Positions 1-9,567 of a DNA stretch of 64,000 nt are shown piece by piece. The notes beneath the pieces are model-generated. The model saw only the letters and a list, made by a program, of their open reading frames with translations. It did no database searches and had not been told where the DNA came from. This DNA is from a bacterium. GTDB taxonomy: Bacteria > Patescibacteriota > Minisyncoccia > Phycocordibacterales > GWA1-40-21. A program made the position numbers and the translations under genes. The stretch's first letter is position 1. Every line of letters begins with the position of its first letter. The stretch covers positions 1,094 to 65,093 of the forward strand of contig JBAXQJ010000004.1 in assembly GCA_037131755.1 (NCBI GenBank), read 5' to 3'.

Positions 1-521
1 TATTCAAAAATAGTCTTAGAAACTAAATTCCAAAACTTTTGCGAATGATTAAATTCTTTCAGATGACAAAGCTCATGGACAATTATGTAATTAACTAGTT
101 TATCAGGCAACAGAACAATTTTATAATTAAAATTCAGGTTACCTTTTCTTGAACAGCTACCCCAGCGTGTTTTCTGATTCTTAATATTTATTTTGTTAAA
201 TCTAATCTTATAAATCTTATTGAACTTAGCCACTTTCTTCTCGGCTAACTCCTGAGCTTGCTGTTTATACTTTGTATAATCGGCATCAGAATTTTTAGTA
301 ATAAATGTTTTACTAAATGATCCAAAATAATCGAGCTTATCCAATATCCATTGAGATTTTTTTATTATAAACTGTTCAATTGTGTTCACGGCAATATTGG
401 TCGGAGCAGTAACTACAAAATTACCGTCACAATAAATTGCCAGTCTCATTCTTCGAGCTCGGTTGCTTACCTTTATAGTATATTCAACTTTTCTTTTATG
501 TAGCTCGATGTGTTTTTTCAT
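1..521 (-). CDS. DUF45/YgjP-like zinc metallohydrolase (partial; C-terminus runs off window start)
   Basis: Unlisted minus-strand ORF with ATG at 521-519, 3 nt after the hsdR stop. Own translation: MKKHIELHKRKVEYTIKVSNRARRMRLAIY...TRWGSCSRKGNLNFNYKIVLLPDKLVNYIIVHELCHLKEFNHSQKFW. The HELCH...H (HExxH) motif and TRWGSC segment are typical of DUF45 proteins that often sit beside Type I R-M loci. Confidence 0.6.
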   Translation of the reverse strand, partial: MKKHIELHKRKVEYTIKVSNRARRMRLAIYCDGNFVVTAPTNIAVNTIEQFIIKKSQWILDKLDYFGSFSKTFITKNSDADYTKYKQQAQELAEKKVAKFNKIYKIRFNKINIKNQKTRWGSCSRKGNLNFNYKIVLLPDKLVNYIIVHELCHLKEFNHSQKFWNLVSKTIFE

Positions 522-524
522 AAG

Positions 525-3440
525 CTAGAATTTCTTAATGACAATATCAATTAAACGATTAAGATACTTATTAAAATCTGAAACCTTTATTTGATCTTTA
601 TAATCCTTGAGAATTAGTTCTTGAAGTGTCCGCTTGGCTTCCTTTAAAAACTCTTCACGTTTCGATGAATCCTGCCAGCCGTCATCTAAGATGTCGGCTA
701 ATCGTGCCGCCATTTCTTTAATAAATTCTTTAACAATAGTTTCATCGGAGTCGCTAATAAATTCTTCGGACACGACAAATAACCCATACTCACCGAGCGA
801 ATAACCAAGTCCCTTGGCTTCTTCTGCCTTAGTCTTGATATCATTCATTAATTCATAGTAGCGCTTGATTCGTTCTGCTAAATCTATTTGATGTTTTTCA
901 AATTCTTGTCGAATGGCACTTAGTCTTTCACTGAACTTCTTAAAGGCTGGATGTGTATCGATATTAATCGATATCTCTCGCTTAAGCATCTTCTCAAGAT
1001 TAAGTGCCTTTTCGTCTTCGTTCATCTTGTCCAAGCGTTCAAGTGTATATAAATCATTAACCTTTAATTCTCTAAAATTTTTGGTTATGCCTTCATAGTC
1101 AATTTTTTCCTGAATAAGACTTTTAATTTTGCCGCCATATTCTGCCAAAGAAAAAGCATCGACACCGTCATCATCTTGGAACTCTTTTACAAAGGCTAAA
1201 TAAAAACTAGTAACCCACTCAAAAGTACGAATATACTCCATTAAGAATGGATCAGGCGATAGGATTTCGAATAGCATCTTAAGACGTGCGTATTTGTCCT
1301 TAAAAAATTGCTGCTTATTTTGATTATCAATAAAAATCTTGAGACAACGACGCAAATTATCAATTGATGGGTCTTCAATATTTACACCTGTAAATAATTC
1401 CATCACCTCTTCAATTACTTTAACAAATTCCTTTTTAAGACGTTCAATATCGATCATTGCGCTATCAACCACGCTCTCGTCAAAGTTGAGCGCATCATAA
1501 AGATTTTTGGTAACACCATAATAATCGATAATCTTGCCACACCCTTTATTTGGATAAACTCTATTTGTGCGAGCGATTGCCTGCAGTAGATTATGGTCTC
1601 TTAATGGTTTGTCCAAATACATAACCTGCTCAACTGGAGCATCAAATCCAGTCAATAGCATGTCACAAACTAATAAAAATTTAAGTGGGTGGCTTGCATC
1701 TTTAAACTGCTCTATAACCTTCTCTCGTTTTTGCTTATTAGTATTATATTTTTTTAGATCGTCGCTATCGCTATTAGGATCGCCGGGCGAGTAAACAACT
1801 TCTGACCATTCTGCTGGCACTAACTTATCAAGCATCTCCTTGTATTTTGCAGTTGCTTCACGATCGTAACATACAATCTGTGCTTTAAAACCATTCGGCA
1901 AAACATATAACTTGTAATGCTCAACGATATCCTGAATTACCGCTTCCATGCGTTTTTCAAGTTTAACTAAAGCTTCTTTTTTGCCATATTTTTTCATTAG
2001 CAACTCCCTCTGGCTATCATTGAGATCTGCGGTCATTTCCGCAAACTGCTTATCAAGCTTTTCTTCATCAACAAAAAACTTTGACAGCCTTGCTTCGTAG
2101 GTAACTGGTAATGTTGCGCCATCATCAATAGCTTGTTGAATTGAGTAGTAATCTAAATAACGCTCACCCTCTTCACCAAAGTTGCGGTGGGTATTTAATG
2201 TAAGTTTATCAATAGGGGTACCAGTAAAGCCAAAGAAAAAAGCGTTCTTAAACGCATTGCGCATCTTTATCGCAGAAATACCTTCATTATCACGATGAGC
2301 CTCGTCTGAAAGCACAATCACATTGCCTTCGATAGCTTCTACGTCCTGCAATTCATTAAACTTTTGAATAGTGGAAATAAATATACCCCTGTCAGCTCCC
2401 TTAATCTTTTTCTCTAAATCCTTTCGAGATTCAACTCGAATTAAGTTTTGTCCACCCCATGCTTCAAACTCATCAAAAACTTGTTGGTCTAGATCAATGC
2501 GATCAATTAATATAAATACCTTAGGATTTTTTAGCTGTTCATCAAATCGTAATTTCCAAGCAGCAAAAAACATAGTCAGGGTTTTTCCTGATCCTTGCGT
2601 ATGCCAAATTAAACCCTTCATTAATTCGCCATCCTTAACACGGCTAACAATCTTATTGGTAGCATAAAGTTGCTGATATCGAGCAATCTTCTTTGTATAA
2701 CTATCTTTCTTCTTCTCAAATACAATAAAGTTTTTAATAATATCTAAGACCTGAGTTTTGTCTAACAAATAATGTAGAGTTAAATCTAATTCTTCGTCAT
2801 ACTTCTTATTGCCACCGTGCAAATCTTCACGCCAAGTTAAAAAATATTGTTTTGGAGAATATGTTGCACCATAAACAGTTTTCAGTCCGTCCGTAGAGAT
2901 GTTAAAGCAATTAGGTAAAAATAATTTTGGCGCAACCTTTTCATACCGCTTAATCTGATCAATAGCATTTTCAAAATTAACGCTACTTGAGGCGGTGGGG
3001 CTTTTTGCTTCAATATCGCAAATCGGCAAACCATTGATAAAAATCATTACATCTGGTCGAATGTTTTCTGTCACACCCTCAAAGTAAAACTGATTGGTCA
3101 CAATAAATTGATTATTATCAATATTATCAAAATCAATAATCTTATAATCCTTAAACTGTCCAGAAGCAGGGTCTTTTATGTTTATGCCGTTTCTTAAGAC
3201 GAATAAAAATGACTCATTGGTGTCCAATTTCTTTACTTCACGAACTACGCTTTGAGCGATATCGTCGGTCGAATTATTAATTCTCTTAACTGCCTCTAAA
3301 AGATGTGGTGAAATAATATATTCATTTTCAAATATTCTCAGTTTAGAAAATTCATCAGCGCGAATATATTTATAACCGAGATTATCGGCAATAAATTTAA
3401 TTACATGGTTTTCGATCGTATGTTGTTCGTTAAATTTCAT
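525..3440 (-). CDS. hsdR: Type I restriction enzyme R subunit (HsdR)
   Basis: 971 aa; SF2 helicase motifs (HTQGSGKTLTMF Walker A, VLSDEAHRDNEG DEAH box); N-terminal nuclease-like region; adjacent to HsdM/S gene. Confidence 0.85.
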   Translation of the reverse strand: MKFNEQHTIENHVIKFIADNLGYKYIRADEFSKLRIFENEYIISPHLLEAVKRINNSTDDIAQSVVREVKKLDTNESFLFVLRNGINIKDPASGQFKDYKIIDFDNIDNNQFIVTNQFYFEGVTENIRPDVMIFINGLPICDIEAKSPTASSSVNFENAIDQIKRYEKVAPKLFLPNCFNISTDGLKTVYGATYSPKQYFLTWREDLHGGNKKYDEELDLTLHYLLDKTQVLDIIKNFIVFEKKKDSYTKKIARYQQLYATNKIVSRVKDGELMKGLIWHTQGSGKTLTMFFAAWKLRFDEQLKNPKVFILIDRIDLDQQVFDEFEAWGGQNLIRVESRKDLEKKIKGADRGIFISTIQKFNELQDVEAIEGNVIVLSDEAHRDNEGISAIKMRNAFKNAFFFGFTGTPIDKLTLNTHRNFGEEGERYLDYYSIQQAIDDGATLPVTYEARLSKFFVDEEKLDKQFAEMTADLNDSQRELLMKKYGKKEALVKLEKRMEAVIQDIVEHYKLYVLPNGFKAQIVCYDREATAKYKEMLDKLVPAEWSEVVYSPGDPNSDSDDLKKYNTNKQKREKVIEQFKDASHPLKFLLVCDMLLTGFDAPVEQVMYLDKPLRDHNLLQAIARTNRVYPNKGCGKIIDYYGVTKNLYDALNFDESVVDSAMIDIERLKKEFVKVIEEVMELFTGVNIEDPSIDNLRRCLKIFIDNQNKQQFFKDKYARLKMLFEILSPDPFLMEYIRTFEWVTSFYLAFVKEFQDDDGVDAFSLAEYGGKIKSLIQEKIDYEGITKNFRELKVNDLYTLERLDKMNEDEKALNLEKMLKREISINIDTHPAFKKFSERLSAIRQEFEKHQIDLAERIKRYYELMNDIKTKAEEAKGLGYSLGEYGLFVVSEEFISDSDETIVKEFIKEMAARLADILDDGWQDSSKREEFLKEAKRTLQELILKDYKDQIKVSDFNKYLNRLIDIVIKKF

Positions 3441-3460
3441 ATTTTTAGCAGCCTGAAAGA

Positions 3461-5725
3461 TTAGATCTTTTTGTTAAATAAACTATTTATCAATCCTCTT
3501 TTTCTCTGCATATACTTATCTAGCAATTGTTGTCTTAACTCCGCTTCACGCTTTACAGCTTCAAGTATGCTCGCTATTTCTTTTTGTTCATCTTCAGATG
3601 TGGGCAAATACAAGCTTTTTGACAAAAATTTTGTATTTGAAATATTGATAGTATTTTTTGCACCTTTTGATACTATGGTTTGTAGGTAATTATTTGTATT
3701 AATATTAGATTCAAAATACGCATCCAATATTACTCCTATAAAGTAATTTTTCGGCTCAAAAACTCCATACAAAGGAGAAACGATAGCATCCGTAGTAATT
3801 TTGCTTTGTTTAATTATACCGTAAGGGAAATCTCCTGTTGGACTCTTTGTATATATAATATCTCCAGGTCTAACAAGTTTATATTTTGAAGTGTCTTTTG
3901 CTGAATATGATCTGCCCAAATGCTCTATTTGGTTTACGACTCCCTTTTTTACAGATACAGAATGAACCTCTTCTTTTCCTGTGCTGAACAACTTATGTTC
4001 AGTTAAAACATCGCTAAGAAGAGTGTCCTTCCATTTATCCTTAGTAACTTGGCGCTTAGTTAAATCCAGGATACTAGCTTTGTATTTCTTTAGCTCCTCC
4101 TCAATAGAGTTTATTTCATTTTCTAAAGCTTCCAAGTCAACATCGATCTCTTTTTTAGAGGTGTCAACATAGCGCCTAATATCTAAATTAAAATCATTCT
4201 CAATAATTTTATTAAGAGATACTATTTCTGAATAATTTTTTATTGACTCAAATGACTCAAATGTATTAATAATTTTTTTTATATCTGATACACGCAATCT
4301 ATTTTGTTTTTTATCAATCTCAAAACCTTCCTCTGCACTTATTATCAAAATCTTATTCTTTTTTTCGGGAGATTTATTTTTGTTGAGAATAACAATTACA
4401 GCCGGAATTTTTGTTCCATAAAATAACTTTTGTGGCAATGATATAATTCCTTCTATGAGATCATTATTTAGAATAGCCTCCCTAATTTTTCCCTCAGAAC
4501 CGCCACGAAATAATACTCCATGTGGCAAAACAATTCCTGCACGACCATTTTCATTCATAGACTTAATTATATGCAAGATGAAAGCAAAGTCCGCATTTTT
4601 ATCTGGTGGCATTTCATATCCAGCTAGTCTGCCATATTTATTTGTTTTAAATACTTCCCACTCCCAATCTTTAATCGAATAGGGAGGATTTGCAACTACT
4701 ATATCAAAGCTCTGTAGCCCACCATGTTGGTTTAAAAATTGAGGATTAGCCAAGGTGTCGCCTCGACGAATATCAGCACTATCAAGACCATGAAGGAACA
4801 TATTTATACGAGCAATTGCAAAAGTACTTAAATTTACCTCCTGGCCATAGAGATATAAGGTTTTTGCTATTTTTTCACCAGATTTATTTTTTAGATAATC
4901 ATATGCCTCAAGCAAAAACCCACCCGAACCGACTGTTGGGTCGTATATGTGATCTTTCTGGTGTGGCTTTAATATGCCAATAATAACTTTTTCAACTTCT
5001 CTCGGAGTGTAAAATTCACCACCTTTTTTTCCTGCATCTGCTGCAAATTGTTTTATTAGGTATTCATAAGCATCACCAAGCAAATCTGAGCTGATATAGT
5101 TACTTCCAAAATTATATTGCGAAAAATGATTAATAAGTTTCTGCAGAGTTTCGTTTGGAAAGCGATCCTTGTTAGCAAAATCAAGATCGTCAAAAATTTT
5201 GTCGAGTTTAGGACTATTGGCATTGGTTAGCTTTTCAAAAATCTCATTTAGCTTTTGACCGATACCATCAGCTTGTTCTGTGATTACAGTCCAACGACAA
5301 TCTTTAGGAACTTGGAAACGATGATTGTAGTCAGCACGGGCTATATCTTCATTATTATATTCGTCCATTACTTTCTGATATTCTTCATCCCAAACATCGC
5401 TGATACGTTTATAAAACAACAATCCAAAGATATATTTTTTATAATCCGAGCTGTCAATTTTGCCACGCAAGATGTCAGCACTTTTCCAAAGCATTGCCTC
5501 GAGTTGGGGTAGTGTAAGTTGACTACCCATTTTATCAACGATGGCTTCAATGTCTTGTGGGCGATATTTGCGATCACCACGTTTTCCAGCTCTAAGTGGA
5601 ACCAAAATTCCATCCTTTTCCCAATTACGAAGAGTGTCTTGATGAATTGAGAAAATTTCAGCTACCTGACTAATAGAAAGAAGCTCTGGCATGCCTTTTA
5701 ATTTTTCTTGTATGTCTTTGCGCAT
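3461..5725 (-). CDS. hsdM: Type I R-M methyltransferase fused to a single HsdS target-recognition domain, with N-terminal MerR/Xis-like HTH
   Basis: 754 aa. N-terminal LSISQVAEIFSIHQDTLRNWEKDGILVPLR helix-turn-helix; HsdM N-domain (LWKSADILRG...LLFYKRISD); N6-adenine MTase motif VVANPPYS; C-terminal about 230 aa resemble an HsdS TRD plus conserved helix (LVRPGDIIYT...ISNTKFLSKSLYLPTSEDEQKEIASILEAV). Confidence 0.75.
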   Translation of the reverse strand: MRKDIQEKLKGMPELLSISQVAEIFSIHQDTLRNWEKDGILVPLRAGKRGDRKYRPQDIEAIVDKMGSQLTLPQLEAMLWKSADILRGKIDSSDYKKYIFGLLFYKRISDVWDEEYQKVMDEYNNEDIARADYNHRFQVPKDCRWTVITEQADGIGQKLNEIFEKLTNANSPKLDKIFDDLDFANKDRFPNETLQKLINHFSQYNFGSNYISSDLLGDAYEYLIKQFAADAGKKGGEFYTPREVEKVIIGILKPHQKDHIYDPTVGSGGFLLEAYDYLKNKSGEKIAKTLYLYGQEVNLSTFAIARINMFLHGLDSADIRRGDTLANPQFLNQHGGLQSFDIVVANPPYSIKDWEWEVFKTNKYGRLAGYEMPPDKNADFAFILHIIKSMNENGRAGIVLPHGVLFRGGSEGKIREAILNNDLIEGIISLPQKLFYGTKIPAVIVILNKNKSPEKKNKILIISAEEGFEIDKKQNRLRVSDIKKIINTFESFESIKNYSEIVSLNKIIENDFNLDIRRYVDTSKKEIDVDLEALENEINSIEEELKKYKASILDLTKRQVTKDKWKDTLLSDVLTEHKLFSTGKEEVHSVSVKKGVVNQIEHLGRSYSAKDTSKYKLVRPGDIIYTKSPTGDFPYGIIKQSKITTDAIVSPLYGVFEPKNYFIGVILDAYFESNINTNNYLQTIVSKGAKNTINISNTKFLSKSLYLPTSEDEQKEIASILEAVKREAELRQQLLDKYMQRKRGLINSLFNKKI

Positions 5726-5785
5726 ATTTTATGGATTAATAATCTTAATCCTAGTATACATCAAATATTTTGTAAAGTCAATCGT

Positions 5786-5805
5786 TCATAGGTTATCATA
5801 GGTTA
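5786..5805. promoter_or_regulatory. tandem direct repeat tcataggtta x2 in divergent hsdM / recombinase promoter region
   Basis: Perfect 10-bp tandem duplication in the 181-bp intergenic region between divergent genes. Confidence 0.3.
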
Positions 5806-5906
5806 AGATAATTTATCACTATATTTATTATAGTAATATTAGGCATTTTTAAGGGACTTGGGACGCTCTGGACTCTTCTGTAGATATGCGTCATCAATGT
5901 TAGTAT

Positions 5907-7226
5907 ATGAATACAATACAAATGCCCGTAGGGGTGACGAGCAAAATAATCACCCCAGTTAAGGCAAAATACTGCCTTTATGCCCGAAAATCGACCGAAA
6001 GCGAGGAAAGGCAGGTCTTATCAATAGATAGCCAAATTAAGGAGATGCTTGAGCTGGCTGAACGAGAGCAACTGGACATCGTAGAACTCAAAAGAGAGTC
6101 TCACAGCGCTAAAGAGGCTGGACAGCGACCAGTTTTTAATGAAATTATAGCCGAGATAAAGGAGGGTAAATTTAATGCCATTTTGACATGGGCTCCTGAC
6201 CGTATATCAAGAAATGCAGGCGACCTAGGCAAAATTGTGGATTTAATGGATTCTGGTGCCCTGCTTGAGATAAGGACATATGGTCAGAAATTTAGCAATA
6301 ACCCGAACGAGAAGTTTCTGCTCATGATTCTCGGATCACAAGCCAAACTTGAAAACGACAACAGAGGCATTAATGTCAGACGAGGACTAAGGACTAGGGC
6401 TGAGATGGGTTTGTGGGTAGGTCTAGCACCGCTAGGCTATCTGAACCAAAGACGGATGGACAAGAAGTGCCAAGTGGTAGTTGATCCGCTACGTGCGCCA
6501 GCCATCAAGCAGATGTTTGAGAAAATGGCTTACGAAAAGTTTAGTGGGCGAAAATTATTCAACTGGCTCAAACATGATCTAAACTTTTACACCCGAGGCA
6601 ACAAGCCGCTAACGTTGGCTGGTGTTTATAGAATAATAAATAATCCATTCTACTACGGCGTATTTGAGCGACCAGTCGGTAGTGGCAACTGGTATCAAGG
6701 AAAACATAAGCCTCTAATTAGTAAGGACTTATACGACAAAGCACAAGCTCAATTAAAACGAGATCAAATTGTTAGAGAAAATAAAGAGTTTGCATTCACT
6801 AAACTATTCACTTGCGGTTATTGTGGCTCGGGCATATCGGCAGAGGAAAAATACAAACCGCTCAAGGACGGAACACATGCAAGATACATCTACTACTCCT
6901 GTTCGAGGGCACGAGATCGCAATTGCAAGAATAAATACATAAGAGAAGAAGAATTGATTACTGAACTGCTAAAAATATTAGACAAGGTAAATATTAACGA
7001 GCTAGGAATGCGGCAAAAACTGGAAGATGAAATTGCCAGATTCAATATCTTCCAACGATCAGTGCTTGGCGCAACTGATAAAATCAAAACCAACAAAGAA
7101 ATGGATATTAGAAACTATGCTAAATATCTACTCAAAGAGGGAGCGACATCGGATAAGCGAGAGTTGCTCGGAAATTTAAGGTCGAAGATAATGTACAAGG
7201 ATAAAGTATTAACTTTGATTGAATAG
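5907..7226 (+). CDS. large serine recombinase (resolvase/integrase family)
   Basis: 439 aa; N-terminal resolvase catalytic domain (CLYARKSTESEERQVLSIDSQ, catalytic Ser); recombinase domain; Cys-rich zinc ribbon (CGYCGSG...YYSCSRARDRNC). Confidence 0.8.
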   Translation: MNTIQMPVGVTSKIITPVKAKYCLYARKSTESEERQVLSIDSQIKEMLELAEREQLDIVELKRESHSAKEAGQRPVFNEIIAEIKEGKFNAILTWAPDRISRNAGDLGKIVDLMDSGALLEIRTYGQKFSNNPNEKFLLMILGSQAKLENDNRGINVRRGLRTRAEMGLWVGLAPLGYLNQRRMDKKCQVVVDPLRAPAIKQMFEKMAYEKFSGRKLFNWLKHDLNFYTRGNKPLTLAGVYRIINNPFYYGVFERPVGSGNWYQGKHKPLISKDLYDKAQAQLKRDQIVRENKEFAFTKLFTCGYCGSGISAEEKYKPLKDGTHARYIYYSCSRARDRNCKNKYIREEELITELLKILDKVNINELGMRQKLEDEIARFNIFQRSVLGATDKIKTNKEMDIRNYAKYLLKEGATSDKRELLGNLRSKIMYKDKVLTLIE

Positions 7227-7238
7227 CATTTAGCACCA

Positions 7239-8591
7239 TCAATAAGCTTTGAATAGACGGCGAATTAATTTTTTAAAATACCGTTTTAAAGAATTATCTC
7301 TATTTAGATATTTTGAAATAAAATCATTGGCGCTTTTTATTTCCACGCTTTTTAGCCAACTAATTATTTCTTTATTAATTTTGAGTGTTTCTATAGCGTC
7401 TTGATTATTCAACTCCTTGCCTCTATGTATTACTTCATTTCGTATTTTATCGTAATTTGTGCACCATCCATTCCATAGAATCGCACTTTCTTTTGATAAT
7501 TTTTTTTCAGATACTTCGAATACAAGATCTTTTATTCTGTCTTTTGTATTCCATTTTCTATTCAATATTGCTTGAACATCTTCGGGGCTCAACCCCTTTT
7601 TTATATAGGCAGAAAAAAGAAAATTTTCTAAAAATATTTCGAATGCTTGAAAAATTTTAACGACTGCTAAAGTATACGCCTTTTTACTAATAGACGACGC
7701 CCCGTCTAGCAATAATAACTCATACAACAATGGCATCTCGTCATTTTTTAGCATCAACTCAATCGTCTTGAGCATGTTTAACGGTCTATTCATTATCGCA
7801 TCACCTATGCCATACCCCAATGAACTTATATATAGATGATTGTTGTGATCAACAAAATATACGTTATTTATGTTCAAAGAACCTAATCTCTCAACATAAT
7901 CTTCTTGCGTAACATATCTATACACATCCAAAAGCTTATTAATAACCTCGAGTGAAATTTCTGAGATTGTATTAATCACAGAACTAATATTCTTATTTAT
8001 TTCTTCAATCTTAAAGTCAGTATCTATTTGAATAATGACTTTTGTGTATCTGAACGTCCCATTAGCATCTCTTTCTTTTTCAATGTTTTTACCAGTCCAA
8101 TGTTGTTGCCAACCAAGACTTTCATTTATGGGAAATTGGGGACCAGTCAATACCGTATCTTTGAAATAAGTAGTTTTATTTTCAGCTAAATAATCAGCAT
8201 AATCTGAGTCAACTGTTGAAGTAGTCCAGATTTTTTGAAGTCGGACGTTAGCGACATGTTCTTTCCCCTTGTAGTTAATATCAAAATCGTAGTTATTTGG
8301 CACATGTAGACAATATGGCAGAGTCGCTTCAATAATGGTATTACAATCAAATTCTTCTTTCAAAAATGATGGATCAGTCAATTGATAAACTGGCGATGTA
8401 GTTGTGATTATAAACGCCTTTTCTAGGTTTACTTTATTTAAATCATTAGTTAGCAATTGTTTCTGCTGATCTGACGATAATTTTTCAAATTCTTTTTTGT
8501 TAACCAAAACATAAAAATTAACCACCTCCTGTTTATTTTTAAGGTGGGACTTGGCTTGTATTTCTAATAATTGCCAATCTTTTTCAGTCAT
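7239..8591 (-). CDS. hypothetical protein with C-terminal HEPN-like motif (candidate Abi/defence effector)
   Basis: 450-aa ORF with no recognisable enzymatic domain apart from RNEVIHRG (Rx4H) near the C-terminus in a helical region. Sits in the island between the recombinase and tRNA-Ser. Confidence 0.5.
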   Translation of the reverse strand: MTEKDWQLLEIQAKSHLKNKQEVVNFYVLVNKKEFEKLSSDQQKQLLTNDLNKVNLEKAFIITTTSPVYQLTDPSFLKEEFDCNTIIEATLPYCLHVPNNYDFDINYKGKEHVANVRLQKIWTTSTVDSDYADYLAENKTTYFKDTVLTGPQFPINESLGWQQHWTGKNIEKERDANGTFRYTKVIIQIDTDFKIEEINKNISSVINTISEISLEVINKLLDVYRYVTQEDYVERLGSLNINNVYFVDHNNHLYISSLGYGIGDAIMNRPLNMLKTIELMLKNDEMPLLYELLLLDGASSISKKAYTLAVVKIFQAFEIFLENFLFSAYIKKGLSPEDVQAILNRKWNTKDRIKDLVFEVSEKKLSKESAILWNGWCTNYDKIRNEVIHRGKELNNQDAIETLKINKEIISWLKSVEIKSANDFISKYLNRDNSLKRYFKKLIRRLFKAY

Positions 8592-8655
8592 ATGTATATT
8601 ATACCAAAAATGCCCCTAATAGGGGCATTCGGGTCTATCCGATACTAAATTGTAT

Positions 8656-8747
8656 TGGCGGAGACGGCGAGATTCGAACTCGCGGAGCCCTATAAGAGGC
8701 TCACCTCTTTAGCAAAGAGGCACATTAGACCACTCTGACACGTCTCC
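8656..8747 (-). tRNA. tRNA-Ser (anticodon GCU), CCA encoded
   Basis: Manual fold of GGAGACGTGTCAGAGTGGTCTAATGTGCCTCTTTGCTAAAGAGGTGAGCCTCTTATAGGGCTCCGCGAGTTCGAATCTCGCCGTCTCCGCCA: 7-bp acceptor, anticodon loop TTGCTAA, long variable arm, TTCGAAT T-loop. Confidence 0.8.
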
Positions 8748-8794
8748 AGAAACTGTTTATTCAATTGTTATATCTTCAAAAGAATCAACGTCTG

Positions 8795-8932
8795 GGTCCT
8801 CTTTAGCAAAGAGGCACATTAGGTCACAAGTTTTTGTCTGCTGACAAAACTCGCGACCCCGACTCGCGCCGTCGCGCTCCGTCTTTGATTTGCTCCACGT
8901 ATTCGCAAAGCAACACCCTGACACGTCTCCAA
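8795..8932 (-). pseudogene. duplicated 5' half of tRNA-Ser interrupted by about 96-bp insertion in the D-loop
   Basis: cctctttagcaaagaggcacattag (8795-8820) and ctgacacgtctcca (8919-8932) are identical to the intact tRNA segments 8705-8749; the 6 nt between them are replaced by about 96 nt. Confidence 0.5.
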
Positions 8933-9098
8933 AAATCATAACAAAATAAGACTATCATATTAAATCCGTTTTTTCTAGTCACGCTCTTAAACAAAGATCT
9001 GACTGATCTCAAGCTGATCTTCTCGGTCCGTCTCTCGCCTATCAGGAAAAACTTAACAAGAAAAACACCCGGTCAAAACCAGGTGCGAAAGCCATTAT

Positions 9099-9485
9099 TT
9101 AATTCTGTTGATTTCTCCGACGAAAGATCTCCTGGCGGACTTCGAGCAATTTAGGCAGAACTTTCTTCCAAACAACCTCTTCATACTCGTAAAAATGGAT
9201 AACCAGCACCGCGACGACCATTCTCGGATGATGATTCTTAAACCTGGTCGCGGCCACCCAACTTGATTTTACCTGCACGTACAGAGAACCGATGTCTCGC
9301 GTTTCCACCACGAGATCAATCCCGCGGGTATCCTCTTCCTTCGTGGCAAATCGCACAGTCTTGAACCAGTCAAGACCATAGGCAAATTTTAATATGGCTT
9401 CAAATGTCCGTTCTTCCGCCTTCTTACCCTTGGCCAATTCGACATGGCCGAGCCGGCGATCGGCAAAAACAGCTTGATTGTTCAT
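9099..9485 (-). CDS. hypothetical protein
   Basis: 128-aa ORF; no confident domain assignment. Confidence 0.45.
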   Translation of the reverse strand: MNNQAVFADRRLGHVELAKGKKAEERTFEAILKFAYGLDWFKTVRFATKEEDTRGIDLVVETRDIGSLYVQVKSSWVAATRFKNHHPRMVVAVLVIHFYEYEEVVWKKVLPKLLEVRQEIFRRRNQQN

Positions 9486-9567
9486 AATCCCCCTTCCTTT
9501 CCTAAGTTTAAATTACCTTAAATTTACCAAAATGTCTAGGGTGAGGAAACTGTGGACCGATTTTATC

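Larger units (their letters stand above)
1..8747. other. putative integrated defence island (DUF45, Type I R-M, serine recombinase, HEPN-like gene) abutting tRNA-Ser
   Basis: Gene content is atypical for the surrounding core genome; recombinase present; boundary at the tRNA with a duplicated tRNA fragment beyond it. The left boundary is outside the window. Confidence 0.4.

Noticed and set aside
5907-8591. Prophage
   Set aside because: A large serine recombinase is present, but no capsid, terminase, tail or lysis genes occur in the window. The block fits a defence island better than a prophage.
9099-9485. Possible PD-(D/E)xK nuclease motif (GIDLVVETRD … VQVK) in the 128-aa protein
   Set aside because: The would-be catalytic E/D-x-K is Q-V-K and the spacing is loose. 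Motif-level evidence is too weak to call a nuclease.
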